A stretch of DNA of 64,000 bases from Pristiophorus japonicus (GCF_044704955.1 NC_091979.1:317254001-317318000); one strand, 5' to 3'; shown: positions 37,101-51,913, counted from the stretch's first letter. Made by a program: numbers and translations. The notes: generated by a model from the letters alone, not told the origin.

Positions 37101-39750
37101 ACGGATCCATCAGGCTTCATGACTGGGACGATGGGACTTGCCCAGTCGCTAAATTTCACGGGTGATATAATGCCTTCCCGCAGAAGCCTGTCTAGTTCGT
37201 GTTCAATCTTTTCCCTCATCACATAGGGTACAGCTCTGGCCTTGTGATGGACCGGTCTAGCATCCTGTGTGATGTAGATTTTGACTTTGGCCCCTTTGAA
37301 AGTGCCCACACCTGGCTGAAAGAGATGTTCAAATCGCTTTATAACTGTTGAGCAGGAGGTCCGTTCCTCTAATGACATGGCATGGGCATCATCCCATTTC
37401 CAGTTTAGTTTTGCCAGCCAGCTTCTCCCAAGCCGTGCTGGGGGGTCTCTGGGGACAATCCACAGAGGAAGTCGGTTCACTGTCACTTTGTGTGTGACAG
37501 AGAACATGGCGCTGCCGAGGACTGGTACGATTTCTTTGGTATAGGTCCTTAGTTTGGTGTCGACCCTTGTGAGTTTTGGTCAGTCTCTTTTATACGGCCA
37601 CAGTAGTTCAACTTGTTGAGTGCCCATGACAGATTGACTCGCTCCCGTATCCAGCTCCATGTTGACAGATATCCCATTGAGTAGGACCCTCATCATTATA
37701 GGAGGAGTCCTGTTGTAGGAGCAGCGGCCATTGATCGTGTTGACCCGCTGTACACCGGTGTCCCGGGTACTGTCCCCACCATCTTCTGGTCCGCTTTCTG
37801 ACCCATCTGATTCGTATACTAGCCGAGCTGCTGTTTTTTTGCGGGCCAAATGCCCTGTATAGTCACAGTTCCTGTAAACAGCCTGCTGAAATCGACATCC
37901 CCTTGCCGAGTGCCCACCCCCACACCTCCAGCACAGACCTGTTCCATTGTTCAAAGTGTTCCCAAAGAATGAGCTGCGTCTGGCTGATCTCTCTTGAGCT
38001 TCTCTCAGTTTATAGTTGATTGTGGGTTGATGAGGTGTGAACGGCCGTTCCTGTGGCCCTTGATGGCTTCTGCCTGCTGTCGAGAGCCTGTTCTCCCGGT
38101 TTTGTCTGTGTGTGGGGATAGCAGCTTGTTTAGTGCTGTGAACTTCTTGTTCCGATATTTCGTTAGTTGTCGTACCTGCATTGTAAATCAACCTCGTTTC
38201 TTCTTCCCCTACCAAGAATGTCTGTGCAACCAGTGCTGCTGCCTCTAAGGTCAGGTTCTTGGTCTCTATGAGCTTTCAGAATATGCCTGCGTGGCCTATT
38301 CCTTCAATGAAAAAGTCTCTCAGCATTTCTCTCCTCAGTTCATCGGAGAACTCACATAAACTGGCCAACCTCCGAATTTCCGCCACGAAGTCGGGTATGC
38401 TCTGGCCCACACAGCGTCTGTAATTGTAGAATCTGTGTCTGGCCATGTGTAGGCTGCTCGCTGGCTTCAGGTGGTCTCTTACCAGTGTGCTCAATTCTTC
38501 AAACGACTTGCTTGCTGGTTTCTTGGGTGCCAACAGATCCTTCATTAAAGCGTATGTTTTCGAGCCACAGCTGGTCAAGAGATGGGTTCTTCTCTTGTCT
38601 GCCTTATCATCGCCTAACCAGTCTTTGGTTACAAAGCTTTGCTGGAGTCTTTCTATAAAGTCTTCCCAATTGTCTCCTACATTGTTCTTTTCATCTGATC
38701 TGTTGTTCGCCATTCTGTGGATTCTGTAATCCCGTAACCCGTCGCCACTGTAAAGTCATGTCCCCTCAGTACAGATTCACACGAGGCATGTAGTGAAGTC
38801 AAGGTCACTCTGGACCTGCACCTTTATTTCACAGCTCTGGAATGCCGCACTTGCCTGAGACCTGTGCTTATATACCTGTCTCTTGCAAGTGCACCCCTGA
38901 TGGTAAGGTATGCTGGTGGTTACAGGTCATATCTTATTACAGTCATGTATAGCATGTTAGGATACAGTTATATATAATAATGTAAGATACATGACATCCA
39001 GGAAGCATTTTAATGACCTAACTTGGTCAGGAAATGTGAGCAAAGTTGCAGATTCACCAACATCCTGTAGTCCATCCCCTCTCACTCGGTCTTGTTACAC
39101 GCACTCCATTCACATCACTCCTCACACCTACTTACATTTCAGCAGCAACCTGCATTCCATTCCAATACAAGGGAGAGGGTGAGGACTGGAAGTGGGCCAT
39201 CACAGACTGTGGAGCTTACCACAGCGGAAGAGGAGGCCTTGGAGATCACCGGCCTCTCTGCCTCTCAGCATCGGAGATGGCCAGAGGTTGCACATTACTG
39301 CAGGGTGACAGAATTCATCTCTCACACCCAAATCCACCTTGTCTCTCCTCCACAGATATCACGTGAAGAACAGGAGCCCCTGCCCGTTGATGGTGAGCAT
39401 TCCTCAGAGAAGCTCATTCCTGCTGAGTGTGCATCGGCAGAGGACACATGCGGGCCAGGCACCAGCGCAGACACAAGCATTTCAGTGGGTCCTCTTAGAA
39501 AGTTAGGTGGGATGTTACCAAGTGAATCGCACTTCACAAGTGAGCACCAGCAGAGAGTGATGGTAGGGATAGCTATAGAGAGACCATGTCGGAGGGCGCA
39601 ATCCTTTCCAAGCTCTGCTCAGCTGGAGAGAGATGTGGAACCTGAGGATTTATCAATGAAAAGGAGAATGACAGAAGGTCAGCAACACCTGTGTGAGGTA
39701 TTGGTAGCCCTGGAGATCCCAGGGCTATCCTGGAGGGTTGGCATCTCAGA
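34130..39750 (+). mobile_element. PIF/Harbinger Myb-like gene remnant interrupted by a Gypsy insertion
   Basis: PRFNEASLDVLL...KKLWLEVVQEVSSRSLIMRIWIQYR|KHFNDLT reads through once 34317-39001 is removed. The right boundary is approximate. Confidence 0.7.
34317..38996 (-). mobile_element. Full-length decayed Ty3/Gypsy LTR retrotransposon (gag-PR-RT-RH-IN)
   Basis: 248-bp LTRs at 34317-34564 and 38749-38996 (TG...CA, about a dozen differences). TSD TACAG/TCCAG. PBS TGGCGACGGG (tRNA-Ser-like), PPT GGGGGAGGG. Motifs LDTGA, FQDD, TDHKPL, HVDYAGP...SDNG...AER. Confidence 0.95.
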
Positions 39751-42700
39751 TTGAAGGCAGTCACGGCATGTACAGGGTTAAGATTAAGTCTTGGCAGCTG
39801 ATTCATCAAGCTTTGTGGAATTTTCCATCACTGAGGGAAGACGATGGAGGAGACAATTTGACATACTTCAGTTACTTCCAATGTGAAGCACCCTGTTTGA
39901 AGTAGACACCAGAATTACTGCTTGAGAACGAGAAAGATTTGTTCTATAATTGGTTCCATTGCTGTGTGTAACCCCATCTCTTCTGTTATTATTAGTGGAT
40001 TTCAAAGTGGGGTCATGTGCTTTGGAGGCAGACAAATCGTTGAATACATAAGATTTAAATTCAAACAAACTAGTCTCTCATGATTGCCTCAGGGTGAAGG
40101 TGTCGTGCATTGTCCATTCACCATTGGGTTAATTTTCTGGAATCACACAGCACTGTACTTTGAGGAGACAAAAGTATTTTGCTTGCTGTACCTCTGCCTG
40201 TGAGCTTCAACTCAGTGAGCCCTTGATTAGAGGTGGGTACGGTGCCTGCCCAGTACCAAAAAATACAGCATGGGGCCTGGAAGGACCCAAGAACCTGAGA
40301 GGTTATTGTTTCTCATATAATATGCTCTGCCAATTTTTCCATTCTTCCCCTCTCCTGAAGGAGTTGCCTCATCAGTGGTACAGTCCCGTGGGCACTGGAC
40401 ATCCTCCAATACCTTAAAACCAGTTTCCAGCATTGCACATACCTCCAGAAAAAGGATGAAACTTCCAGGGGCTGATTTTCCAATCGGTCTAAGTATGATG
40501 TGAGGCCTCTGCAGCCTCCCCCAATGTTAGGTTCTTCCATTGTCCGAATCCTCTGGACCAACGGCGAGAGCGGGATCAGGGCAGCAGAGGGCATGGGGAT
40601 AAAATCAGCAGTGACCGAGACCAATGGCAAGAGTGGGATCAGAGGAGCAGCGGTGGTTGGGATAAAACCATCGAGCTGGGAGTAGAGTGAACGGACCTGT
40701 GAGGGAGGAAATCAGTGTGACATCACAGGAAAGCAGGTAAGTTATTGGTTGGAGAGGATTTCTGGTTTTTTCTCTTTTTTTCTAAACTATGGCATTGGTT
40801 TAAATTAAGAGCCCTGAGTGTAGATTTGAAAAATTCCTAGATAATTGATATTTCAAAACTTGAAAACCTAATTAGCTAAATAAAATACAATCGAGATGGC
40901 AGGGCAGGCGATGTATTGCAGCTGTAGCATGTGGGAGCTGCTGGACACCGGTGTGATCCATAGTGACCACGTGTGCAGTAAATGTTGGCAGCTGGAGGAC
41001 ATTCGGCTCAGAGTTGATGAGCTGGAGTCCGAGCTGCAGACATTGTGATAGATCAGGGAGGGGAGAGTTATCTGGACACTTTGTTCAAGGAAGCAGTCAC
41101 ACCCCTTAGGTTAAATACTTGAAATTTGTTCTGTGGTCAGGGACAGGAGGGTGTGACTACGAGCGAGGCAGGTATGGGGATGCAGAAGGTGGCATTAGAG
41201 AAGCCTCAGCCTTTGCTCTTGTCCAACAGGTACTGTGCTGTTACTCCCTGTGGTGGACGGGAGCATGAACTGCAGGGAGGCTGAGCAAACTGACCAGAGT
41301 GCTGTGGTGCTGGGGGCCAGTCAAGTTGGGAGAATAAAAAGGAATGTAGTGTGGTCGGGGCAGTATAGTAAGGGGAATAGATACTGTTCTCTTCAGTCGA
41401 GGGCGTGATTCAGGGTTAAGGACATCTCCTCGGGCCTGGAGAGGAACATGGAGTGGGAAGGGGTAGATCCAGTTGTTGTGGTCCACGTAGGTACCAACGA
41501 GACAGGTAGGACTAATAAAGAGGTTCTGCAGAGGGCGTATGAGCAGTTAGGGGCTAAATTAAAAAGCAGAACCACAAAGGTAATAATCTCTGGATTAAAA
41601 CCTGAGCCATGAGAAAATTGTCATATGGTCAATAAAATCAGAGAGTTGAATGCATGGCTCAAAGATTGGTGTGGGAGAAATGGGGTTTGATTCATGGGTC
41701 ACTGGCACCATTACTGAGGAAAGAGGGAGCTGTTCCATTGGGACAGGCTTCACTTGAACCATGCTGAGACCAGTGTCCTGGCCAATCAAATAACTCGGGC
41801 TGTGGATAGGGCTTTAAACTACAGAGTCGGGGGGGAAGGTACAGATGAGGGGAAATTTAGAAAGTTAAAGAGAAAGGACAAGGCAATAGCGTAGGATAGC
41901 GACAGGGGTAATGATAACCAGAGTGTGGCTGGAAGGGACAGAGCAAACTAACATAGCAGTGCCCCAGAAAATAGGGTCAGAGTAGGGAAAACTTGTAAAA
42001 AGATAAAATTACAGACTCTTTATCTGAATGCACGCAGCATTCATAATAAGAGAGATGAATTGACGGCACAAATGAAATAAATGGGTATCATCTGCTAGCC
42101 ATTGCAGAGAAGTGGTTGCAAGGTGATCAGAGCTGGGAACTGAATATTCAGAGTTATTTTGACATTTCTGAAGAATAAGCAGAAAGGAAAAGGAGGTAGG
42201 GTAGCTCTGTTAACAAAGGATGAGATCAGTACTGTAGTGAGAAAAGATCTTGGCCCGGTAGATAAAGATGTAGAATTAGTTTGGATGGAGATAAGAAATA
42301 ATAAGGGAAATATGTCACTGGTGGGAGTAGTCTATAGGACCCCAACAGTAGCTACACTGTAGGACAGAGTATAAATCAAGAAATAATGGGGGTTTGTAAT
42401 TTAAATAAAAGCAATTACAAACGTATGAAGACAGAGTTGGCTAAAGGGGACTGGGAAAATAGATTAAAATGTAAAATTTTAGATAAGCAGTGGCAGACAT
42501 TTAAGGAGATATTTCATAATTCTCAACAAAGATATAATCCAGTGAGAAAGAATCTACGAGAAGGATGAACAATGCATGGCTAACTAATGAAGTTAAGGAT
42601 GGTATCAAATTGAAAGAAAAGGCATACAATGTTGTGAAGATTAGCGGTAGGCCAGAAGATTGGGAACTTTTTAGAAACCAGCAAAGGATGACTAAAAACA

Positions 42701-43228
42701 TAATAAAGAGGGAGACAATTAATTATGAGAGTAAATTTGCAAGAAATATAAAAACAGACAATAAGAGCTTCTACAAGTGTATAAAAAGGAAGAGAATAGC
42801 TAAACTAAATGTTGATCGCTTAGAGGATGAGACTGGGGAATTAGTAATGGGAAAAAAGGAAATGTCAGAGACTTTGAACAAATATTTTGTATCTGTCTTC
42901 ATGGTAGGAGACAGTAAAAGCATCCCAATAATATTAGATAATCAAGGGGCAAAAGGGAGGGAGGAACTTAAAACAATCACTATCACTAGAGAAAAAGTAC
43001 TAGGCAAACTAATGGGACTAAAGGCTGACAAGTCCCCTGGACCTGATGACCTGCATCCTAGGGTCTTAAAATAAGTGGCTGCAGAGATAGTGGATGCATT
43101 GGTTGTAATCTTCCAAATTTCCCTAGATTCTGTAAAGGACACAGCAGATTGGAGGGAGACAGAAAGCAGGAAAATATAGGCCAGTTAGCCTAATATCTGT
43201 CATTGGGATAATGCTGCAATCGATTATT

Positions 43229-46151
43229 CATCATAGGCGGTCCCTCGTATTGAGGATAATTTGCTTCCATGCCAATAACGGATGAGTTCACAGGTGTTTC
43301 AATGAAGGACCTAGTATTCCGGTTCCCGAACAACATCCTGAAGGGTGGAAGGTGCCTCTTTGTGGATTTTTTCACTGTGTGGTGGCCGTTGCACACCAGC
43401 CACCACACAGGCTTGACAGAGCTAGGTCTTGGTCCAGTGACAAGGATTAACCAAGACGGCTGGAGACCAGCTCTGCTGCATGGACCTAGTGGGCTGGCCC
43501 GTGCTACCTCTGGGCCCTCGCCTCTTCTGGGCCCTGAACCCACACCTCTCCTTAGCTCGATCACATAAAGGTGCAGCAGTTATAATGGGTGACTTTAATA
43601 TGCACATAGATTGTGTTAACCAAACTGGAAGCAATACGGTGGAGGAGGATTTCCTGGAGTGCATAAGGGATGGTTTTTTAGACCAATATGTCGAGGAACC
43701 AACTAGGGGGGAGGCCATCTTACACTGGGTGTTGTGTAATGAGAGAGGATTAATTAGCAATGGCAGACATTTAGAGACCGCATGGATGAACTACAACAAT
43801 TGTACATTCCTGTTTGGCGTAAAAATAAAAAAGGGAAGGTGGCTCAACCATGGCTATCAAGGGAAATCAGGGATAGTATTAAAGCCAAGGAAGTGGCATA
43901 CAAATTGGCCAGAAATAGAGCGAACCTGGGGACTGGGAGAAATTTAGAACTCAGCAGAGGAGGACAAAGGGTTTGATTAGGGCAGGGAAAATGGAGTCCG
44001 AGAAGAAGCTTGCAGGGAATATTAAGACGGATTGCAAAAGTTTCTACAGATACGTAAAGAGAAAAAGGTTAGTAAAGACAAACGTAGGTCCCCTGCAGTC
44101 AGAATCAGGGGAAGTCATAACGGGGAACAAAGAAATGGCGGACCAATTGAACAAGTACTTTGGTTCGGTATTCACTGAGGAGGACACAAACAACCTTCCG
44201 AATATAAAAGGGGTCGGAGGGTCTAGTAAGGAGGAGGAACTGAGGGAAATCCTTATTAGTCGAGAAATTGTGTTGGGGAAATTGATGGGATTGAAGGCCG
44301 ATAAATCCCCAGGGCCTGATGGACTGCATCCCAGAGTACTTAAGAAGGTGGCCTTGGAAATAGTGGATGCATTGACAGTCATTTTCTAACATTCCATTGA
44401 CTCTGGATCAGTTCCTATGGAGTGGAGGGTAGCCAATGTAACCCCACTTTTTAAAAAAGGAGGGAGAGAGATAACAGGGAATTATAGACCGGTCAGCTTG
44501 ACATCGGTAGTGGGTAAAATGATGGAATCAATTATTAAGGATGTCATAGCAGTGCATTTGGAAAGAGGTGATATGATAGGTCCAAGTCAGCATGGATTTG
44601 TGAAAGGGAAATCATGCTTGACAAATCTTCTGGAATTTTTTGAGGATGTTTCCAGTAGAGTGGACAAGGGAGAACCAGTTGATGTGGTGTATTTGGACTT
44701 TCAGAAAGCTTTCGACAAGGTCCCACACAAGAGATTAATGTGCAAAGTTAAAGCACATGGGATTGGGGGTAGTGTGCTGACATGGATTGAGAACTGGTTG
44801 TCAGACAGGAAGCAAAGAGTAGGAGTAAATGGGTATTTTCAGAATGGCAGGCAGTGACTAGTGGGGTACCGCAAGGTTCTGTGCTGGGGCCCCAGCTGTT
44901 TACACTGTACATTAATGATTTAGACGAGGGGATTAAATGTAGTATCTCCAAATTTGCGGATGACACTAAGTTGGGTGGCAGTGTGAGCTGCGAGGAGGAT
45001 GCTATGAGGCTGCAGAGCGACTTGGATAGGTTAGGTGAGTGGGCAAATGCATGGCAGATGAAGTATAATGTGGATAAATGTGAGGTTGTCCACTTTGGTG
45101 GTAAAAACAGAGAGACAGACTATTATCTGAATGGTGACAGATTGGGAAAAGGGGAGGTGCAACGAGACCTGGGTGTCATGGTACATCAGTCATTGAAGGT
45201 TGGCATGCAGGTACAGCAGGCGGTTAAGAAAGCAAATGGCATGTTGGCCTTCATAGCGAGGGGATTTGAGTACAGGGGCAGGGAGGTGTTGCTGCAGTTG
45301 TACAGGGCCTTGGTGAGGCCACACCTGGAGTATTGTGTACAGTTTTGATCTCCTAACCTGAGGAAGGACATTCTTGCTATTGAGGGAGTGCAGCGAAGGT
45401 TCAGCAGGCTGATTCCCGGGATGGCGGGACTGACCTATCAAGAAAGACTGGATCAACTGGGCTTGTATTCACTGGAGTTCAGAAGAGTGAGAGGGGACCT
45501 CATAGAAACGTTTAAAATTCTGACGGGGTTAGACAGGTTAGATGCAGGAAGAATGTTCCAAATGTTGGGGAAGTCCAGAACCAGGGGACACAGTCTAAGG
45601 ATAAGGGGTAAGCCATTTAGGACTGAGATGAGGAGGAATTTCTTCACCCAGGGAGTGGTGAACCTGTGGAATTCTCTACCACAGAAAGTTGTTGAGGCCA
45701 ATTCACTAAATATATTCAAAAAGGAGTTAGATGAAGTCCTTACTACTAGGGGAATCAAGCGGTATGATGAGAAAGCAGGAATGGGGTACTGAAGTTGCAT
45801 GTTCAGCCATGAACTCATTGAATGGCGGTGCAGGCTAGAAGGGCCGAATGGCCTACTCCTGCACCTATTTTCAAAAAAAAACATCGCTCCACGATCACCC
45901 GCCACTCCTGCGCCCTGACCTCACTGCTCCTGCTGTACCTGCCTACGCCCCAATCACCAACCTGGATCTTGATGATGTCCAATCCAGTGACCCTCTTCGC
46001 TGCTGTCATCCTCCTGCACCAGCTCGTGCCACCACTCGCCACTCCAAGGGTCACTCACCACTCCTTTTAAGGCCCCGACCTGCCCCTGATGTTCCCTCAC
46101 AGGTCGGGGCCACCACGCTGTCCAGGGGCAACTCGCCGATCCTTTTTTTTT
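43229..46151 (-). mobile_element. Non-coding SINE-like retroposon with (ATG)n tail (43229-43566 and 45881-46151), split by a CR1
   Basis: Begins catcat...; bounded by a 12-bp TSD with one mismatch (43217-43228, 46152-46163); no ORF. Confidence 0.65.
43567..45880 (+). mobile_element. CR1 LINE ORF2 (5'-truncated, internal deletion) with 3' UTR and A tail
   Basis: MGDFN through RRNFFTQGVVNLWNSLP; ends gcacctattttc(A)9; ACAT on both sides. Confidence 0.92.
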
Positions 46152-47377
46152 CAATCCATTATTAAGGGAGTAGTAGCAGGACATTTAGAAAATCATAATA
46201 CAATCAAGCAGAGTCACATGGTTTTATAAAAGAGAAATCGTGTTTGACAAATTTATTATTGTTCTTTGTGGTTGAAATGAGCAGGGTGGATGAAGGGGAA
46301 TCAGTAGATGTAGAGTATTTGGATTTCCAAATGTCATTCGATAAGGTGCCACATAAAAGGTTATTGCAGAAGATAAGAGCTCACGGTGTTGGGGGTAATA
46401 TATTAACATGGATAGAGGATTTGCTAACTAACAGAAAACAGAAAGTCGGGAAAAATCAATCATTTTCAGTTTGGCAAACAGTAACTAGTGAGGTGCTACA
46501 GGGATCAGTGCTGGGGCTTCAACTATTTACAATCTATGTTAATGACTTGGATGAAGGGACCGAGTGTACTGTAGTCAGATTTGCTGACGATACAAAGATA
46601 GGTGGGAAAGCAAGTTGTGAGGAGGACACAAAGAGGCCAAAACTGCTCATTTCATTAAGGTATGTAACCACCGTAAATTGGAGGCCACGCTGTGGAGTGG
46701 AGTGGCTGCTGACTTTTCATGGAATGACCACTGCTAGCCCAATTACCCTCCCGGGATTCCCCCCTCACCGCTCCGCTGCTGCCGATCCCCACGGCCAGCA
46801 CGTCATCACCGTGTGTACCACCGATCTACCCCCATCCCCCATTCCCCCCCCCCCCACCATTCCCGACGGCGATATTTCCCTCCAAAAATCTTTGGCCCGC
46901 CCAGTGGTACCAAAACTAGCTTTTTCCGGCTGGTCGAGTGAGGCTGAGGCCTCCTGCAGCGATGGTGCAGCTTCCCTTAAAGGGGAGGATGCACTGCCGC
47001 TGACGCCATGTTTTTTTTCCGGCAACTGCCATGTTGGCCTGACAAATAGGCCCCGGGTTCAGCCGGGCCGCCATCAGGCAGCCTGGCATGCCCTCTTGAA
47101 TGTCAGGGCACCAGCCCGGCCAAAACTCTCCCTGGTGGCCCAGTGGGCTGAAGTTTTAAAAGCACGGAGGCTCTCCCCTTTAAGTGAGGGGAAGAGTCGA
47201 GTGACACGATGCCATGATGACATCATCGCGGCAGTGACACCCCGGACCCCCCAACTTCCGCCCCTCAGTTGTTGTTACCGCCACTTTTTTGCCTCTCGGG
47301 TGTTGTCACCGCTCCCATTAGGATCGACTTTCGGATCAAAACAGAAAAAGCCAAAGAGCCGCAGCTGCGGTAAAAAA

Positions 47378-50300
47378 CATCCCCTGAAGTCCCAAGGGAT
47401 CCCAGCATCCCTTGGGAGCACTGTATATAAGCCGACCCTAAGGCCTGTTCCCCACTCTGGAGTGTCTTATTAAAGACTGAGGTCACTGTTACTTTAATCT
47501 CCCTGTGTGCAGCCTCATCTGTATTAGGAACACAATAACTGGCGACGAGAATACGAATCCAATGCAAAGATGCAGCAAACTGTGGGTATCCTGGAGAAGT
47601 TCTCAGAGGGTGAGGACTGGGAAGCCTATGTCGAACGGCTAGACCAGTACTTTGTAGCCAACGAGCTGGACGGAGAAGGAAGCGCTGCAAAAAGGAGAGT
47701 GGTCCTCCTCACTGTCTGCGGGGCACCGACCTACAGCCTCAGGAAGAATCTTCTGGCTCCATTGAAAGTCATATGAGGAGCTGTGCACACTGATTCGGGA
47801 GCATCTTAACCCAAGGGAGAGCGTGCTGATGGCGAGGTATCGGTTCGAAACGTGCCAGCGATCTGAAGGTCAGGAAATGGCGAGCTATGTCGCCGAGCTA
47901 AGGCGACGTGCAGGACAATGTGAGTTTGATGGCTATCTGGAGCAAATGCTCGGAGACTTTTTTGTACTGGGCATTGGCCATTCGACCATCCTATGAAAAC
48001 TTTTGATTGTAGAGACACCGACCCTCAGCAAGGCCATTGCGATAGCACAGGCGTTTATGTCCACCAGTGATAACACCAAACAAATCTCTCAGCACACAAG
48101 TGCTAGCAATGTTCATAAATTAACTGGAACTGTGTTTGCAATCAGAAATGTACAGGGCAGAACCCATGAGTCTGCAACTGCCAGCAGGCCTCAGGTGACC
48201 CAGATGACTCAGAGTCCCCAACAAAGGATGAATGCAAGGCAATTCACACCTTGTTGGCATTGTGGAGGCTTCCATTCAGCCTATTCATGCCGCTTCAAAG
48301 GGTATGTTTGCAAGAGCTGTGGAACAATGGGGCACCTCCAACGAGCTTACAGATGAGCTGCAAGCTCTGCAGAACCTGCTAGCCACCAAATGGCAGAAGA
48401 AGATCGGTCCATGATGGATCAAAGCAATTTCGAGCCTCAGAGAGAGGAGGCAGATGCTGAAGTACACACATTTTCGACAAAATATCCACCTATAATGCTA
48501 AACGTAAAATTGAATGGCTTGCCCGTAGCCATGGAACTGGACACTGGCGCTAGCCAATCCATCATGAGTAAAAAGATGTTTGAGAGACTGTGGTGCAACA
48601 AAGCATTCAGACCAGCCCTGAGCCGCATCCACACGAAACTGAGAACGTACACCCAAGAGCTCATCACTGTCCTGGGCAGTGCCATGGTCAAGGTCACCTA
48701 CGAGGGCACGGTGCACGAACTGCCACTCTGGATTGTCCCGGGCGATGGCCCCACACTGCTTGGAAGGAGCTGACTGGGCAAAATCCGCTGGAACTGGGAT
48801 GACATCCAAGTGCTGTCACATGTCGATGAGGCCTCATGTACTCAGGTTCTTAACAAACTTCCTTCCCTTTTTGAGCCAGGCATTGGAAACTTTTCCGGGG
48901 CGAAGGTGCGGAGCCACTTGGTCCCAGAGGCACGACCCATTCACCACAAGGTGCGAGCGGTACCTCACATGATGAGGGAGAGAGTGGAAATCGAGCTGGA
49001 CAGGCTGCAACGCGAGGCCATCATCTCCCCAGTGGAATTCAGCGAGTGGGCCAGCCCGATTGTTCCAGTACTCAAAAGTGATGGCACGGTCAGGATTTGC
49101 GACGATTATAAAGTAACTATTAATCGTTTCTCGTTACAGGACCAATATCTGCTACCTAAGACAGACGACCTATTTGCGACGCTGGCAGGAGGCAAGACAT
49201 TCACCAAGCTCGACCTGACTTCGGTCTACATGACGCAAGAGCTGGAGGAGTCTTCGAAGGGCCTCACCTGCATCAACACGCACAAGGGACTGTTCATCTA
49301 CAACAGATGCACGTTTGGAATTCGGTCGGCTGCAGAGAAACATGGAGAGCCTACTCAAGAGGGTATCACACACGATGGTCTTTCACGACGACATATTGGT
49401 CACGGGTCGGGACACCGCCGAGCACCTACAAAGCCTGGAGGAGGTCCTCCAGCGACTGGATCGCGTAGGACTGCGGCTGAAGAGGTCGAAATGCGTCTTC
49501 ATGGCAACAGAAGTGGAGTTTTTGGGGAGAAATATCGCGGCGGACGGCATTCGGCCCACAGACGCCAAGACAGAGGCTATCAGGAATGCACCCAGGCCAC
49601 ACAACGTCATGGAGCTGCGGTCGTTCATGGGACTCCTCAACTATTTTGGTAAATTCCTACCGGGGTTAAGCACCCATTTAGAGTCCCCACCCATGTGTTA
49701 TTGCACAAAGGTGAGAACTGGGTATGGGGAAAAATACCAAGTAAATGCTTTTGAGAAAGCCAGAAACATTTTATGCTCCAACAAGCTGCTTGTAATGTAT
49801 AACCCGTGTAAAAGACTTGTGCTAGCATGTGACGCGTCGTTGTACGGAGTTAGGTGTGTATTACAACAAGCTAATGTTGCGGGGAAGTTGCAACCTGTCG
49901 CCTATCCTTCCAGGAGCTTGTCTAAGGTCAAGAGGGCCTACAGCATGATTGAGAAAGAGGCATTAGTGTGTGTATTCGGGGTAAAGAAAATGCATCAGTA
50001 CCTGTATGGCCTCAAATCTGAGCTGGAAACCGATCACAAGCCCCTCACATCACTGTTTGCTGAAAACAAGGGGATAAATACTAATTCCTCAGCCCGCATA
50101 CAAAGGTGTGCACTCTTGCTATCAAGGTATAATTATACCATCCGCCACAGGCCAGGCACTGAGAACTGTGCGGATGCTCTCCGTGGGCTACCATTGCCCA
50201 CCGCGGGGGTGGAAATGGCGCAGCCTGCAAACTTGTTGATGATGGTGCAGCCTGCAGACTTGTTGATGGTCATGGAAGCATTTGAAAATGATAAATCACC

Positions 50301-51913
50301 TGTCACGGCCCACCAGATTTGGATTTGGACTTGGACCAGCAAAGATCTTCTGCTGTCCCGAGTAAAAAAACTGTGTACTGCATGGGAGCTGGGCCAACAT
50401 CCCCGTTGAAATGCAAGAGCCAATCAAGCCGTTCCAGCGGCGAAAGGATGAGCTGTCCATTCAGGCAGATTGCCTGTTGTTGGGTAACCGCGTAGTGCTA
50501 CCCAAAAAGGGCAGGGAGACGTTCATCTCGGATCTCCACAGCACACATCCGGCTGTAGCAATGATGAAAGCGATAGCCAGATCCCACGTGTGGTGGCCTG
50601 GTAGCGACTCTGACTTAGAGTCCTGTGTACGGCAATGCAGCGTATGTGCTCAGTTGAGCAATGCGCCCAGAGAGGCACCGCTAAGTTTGTGGTCCTGGCC
50701 CTCCATACGATGGACGAGAATCCATGTCGACTATGCGGGCCCGTTTCTCGGTAAAATGTTCCTGGTGGTGGATGCTTTTTCAAAATGGATTGAATGTGAA
50801 ATAATGTCAGGAAGCACCGCCACCGCCACCATTGAAAGCCTGAAGGCCATGTTTGTCACCCACGGCCTACCTGACATACTGGTCAGTGACAACGGGCCAT
50901 GTTTCACCAGTGCCGAATTTAAAGAATTCCTGACCCGCAATGGGATCAAACATGTCACCTCGGCCCTGTTTAAACCAGCCTCCAATGGGCAGGCAGAGAG
51001 GCAGTACAAACCATCAAACAGAGCCTTAAATGACAGAAAGCGCACTCCAAACCCACGTGTCCCGAGTACTGCTCAGCTACCGCGCGAGACCCCACTCGCT
51101 CACAGTTGTGCCCCCGGCTGAGCGACTCATGAAAAGGACACTTAAAACCAGACTCTCGCTGGTTCACCCCAACCTGCATGATCAGGTAGACAGCAGGCGG
51201 CAGCAACAAAATGTAAACAATGGTCGTGCCACTGTGTCATGGGAAATTGATCTGAATGACCCTGTGTATGTGCTAATCTATGGACATGGTCCCAAGTGGA
51301 TTGCGGGCAGGGTGATAGTTAAAGAAGGGAATAGGGTGTTTGTAGTCAAACTAAACAGTGGACAAATTTGCAGAAAACACCTGGACCAAACGAGGCTGCG
51401 GTTCACAGACTGCCCTGTACAACTCACAGCAGACACCACCTTTATCGAGCCCACAACACACACCCAAAGGATCAACGTCACCACGCCGGGCCAGGAAATT
51501 GAACACATCACGTCCAACAACCCAGCAAGGCCAGGCTCACCCAGCAGCCCTGCAGGACCAACAACACGCCAGCCCAGCGAGGGCACAGCCAACACACCAG
51601 AACAGACATTTGTACTGACGCGGTCCACCACGGAAATAAAGACTCCTGACCGCCTTGCCTTGTAAATAGTTTTCACTTTGACTTTGGGGGTGGGGGGAGT
51701 GATGTTGTGTATCTGTAAAGCATGTACTCCCATGTTCCGCCACTAGGGAGCTCATCCCCTGAAGTCCCAAGGGATCCCAGCATCCCTTGGGAGCACTGTA
51801 TATAAGCCGGCCTCTAAGGCCTGTTCCTCACTCTGGAGTATCTTATTAAAGACTGAGGTCATTGTTAATTTAACCTCCCTGTGCGCAGCCTCATCTGTGT
51901 TAGGAACACAATA
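47378..51913 (+). mobile_element. Decayed Ty3/Gypsy LTR retrotransposon related to 34317-38996
   Basis: 5' LTR remnant 47378-47537 (first ~50 bp missing); PBS TGGCGACGAG at 47540 (tRNA-Ser-like); CCHC gag, LDTGA, FHDD, RH and IN motifs; PPT at 51686-51702; 3' LTR 51703-51913. Confidence 0.93.

Larger units (their letters stand above)
40560..46632 (+). mobile_element. CR1 LINE with 5' UTR, ORF1 (Cys-rich N-terminus + SGNH esterase, ATG 40896) and ORF2, interrupted at 43229-46151
   Basis: CSCSMWE...CSKC, VVVHVGTN and WDRLHLN in ORF1. RT resumes at 46164 after the duplication CAATCGATTATT/CAATCCATTATT. Confidence 0.85.

Noticed and set aside
46244-47473. 409-aa ORF
   Set aside because: Chance fusion of a CR1 RT fragment with unrelated non-coding repeat sequence.
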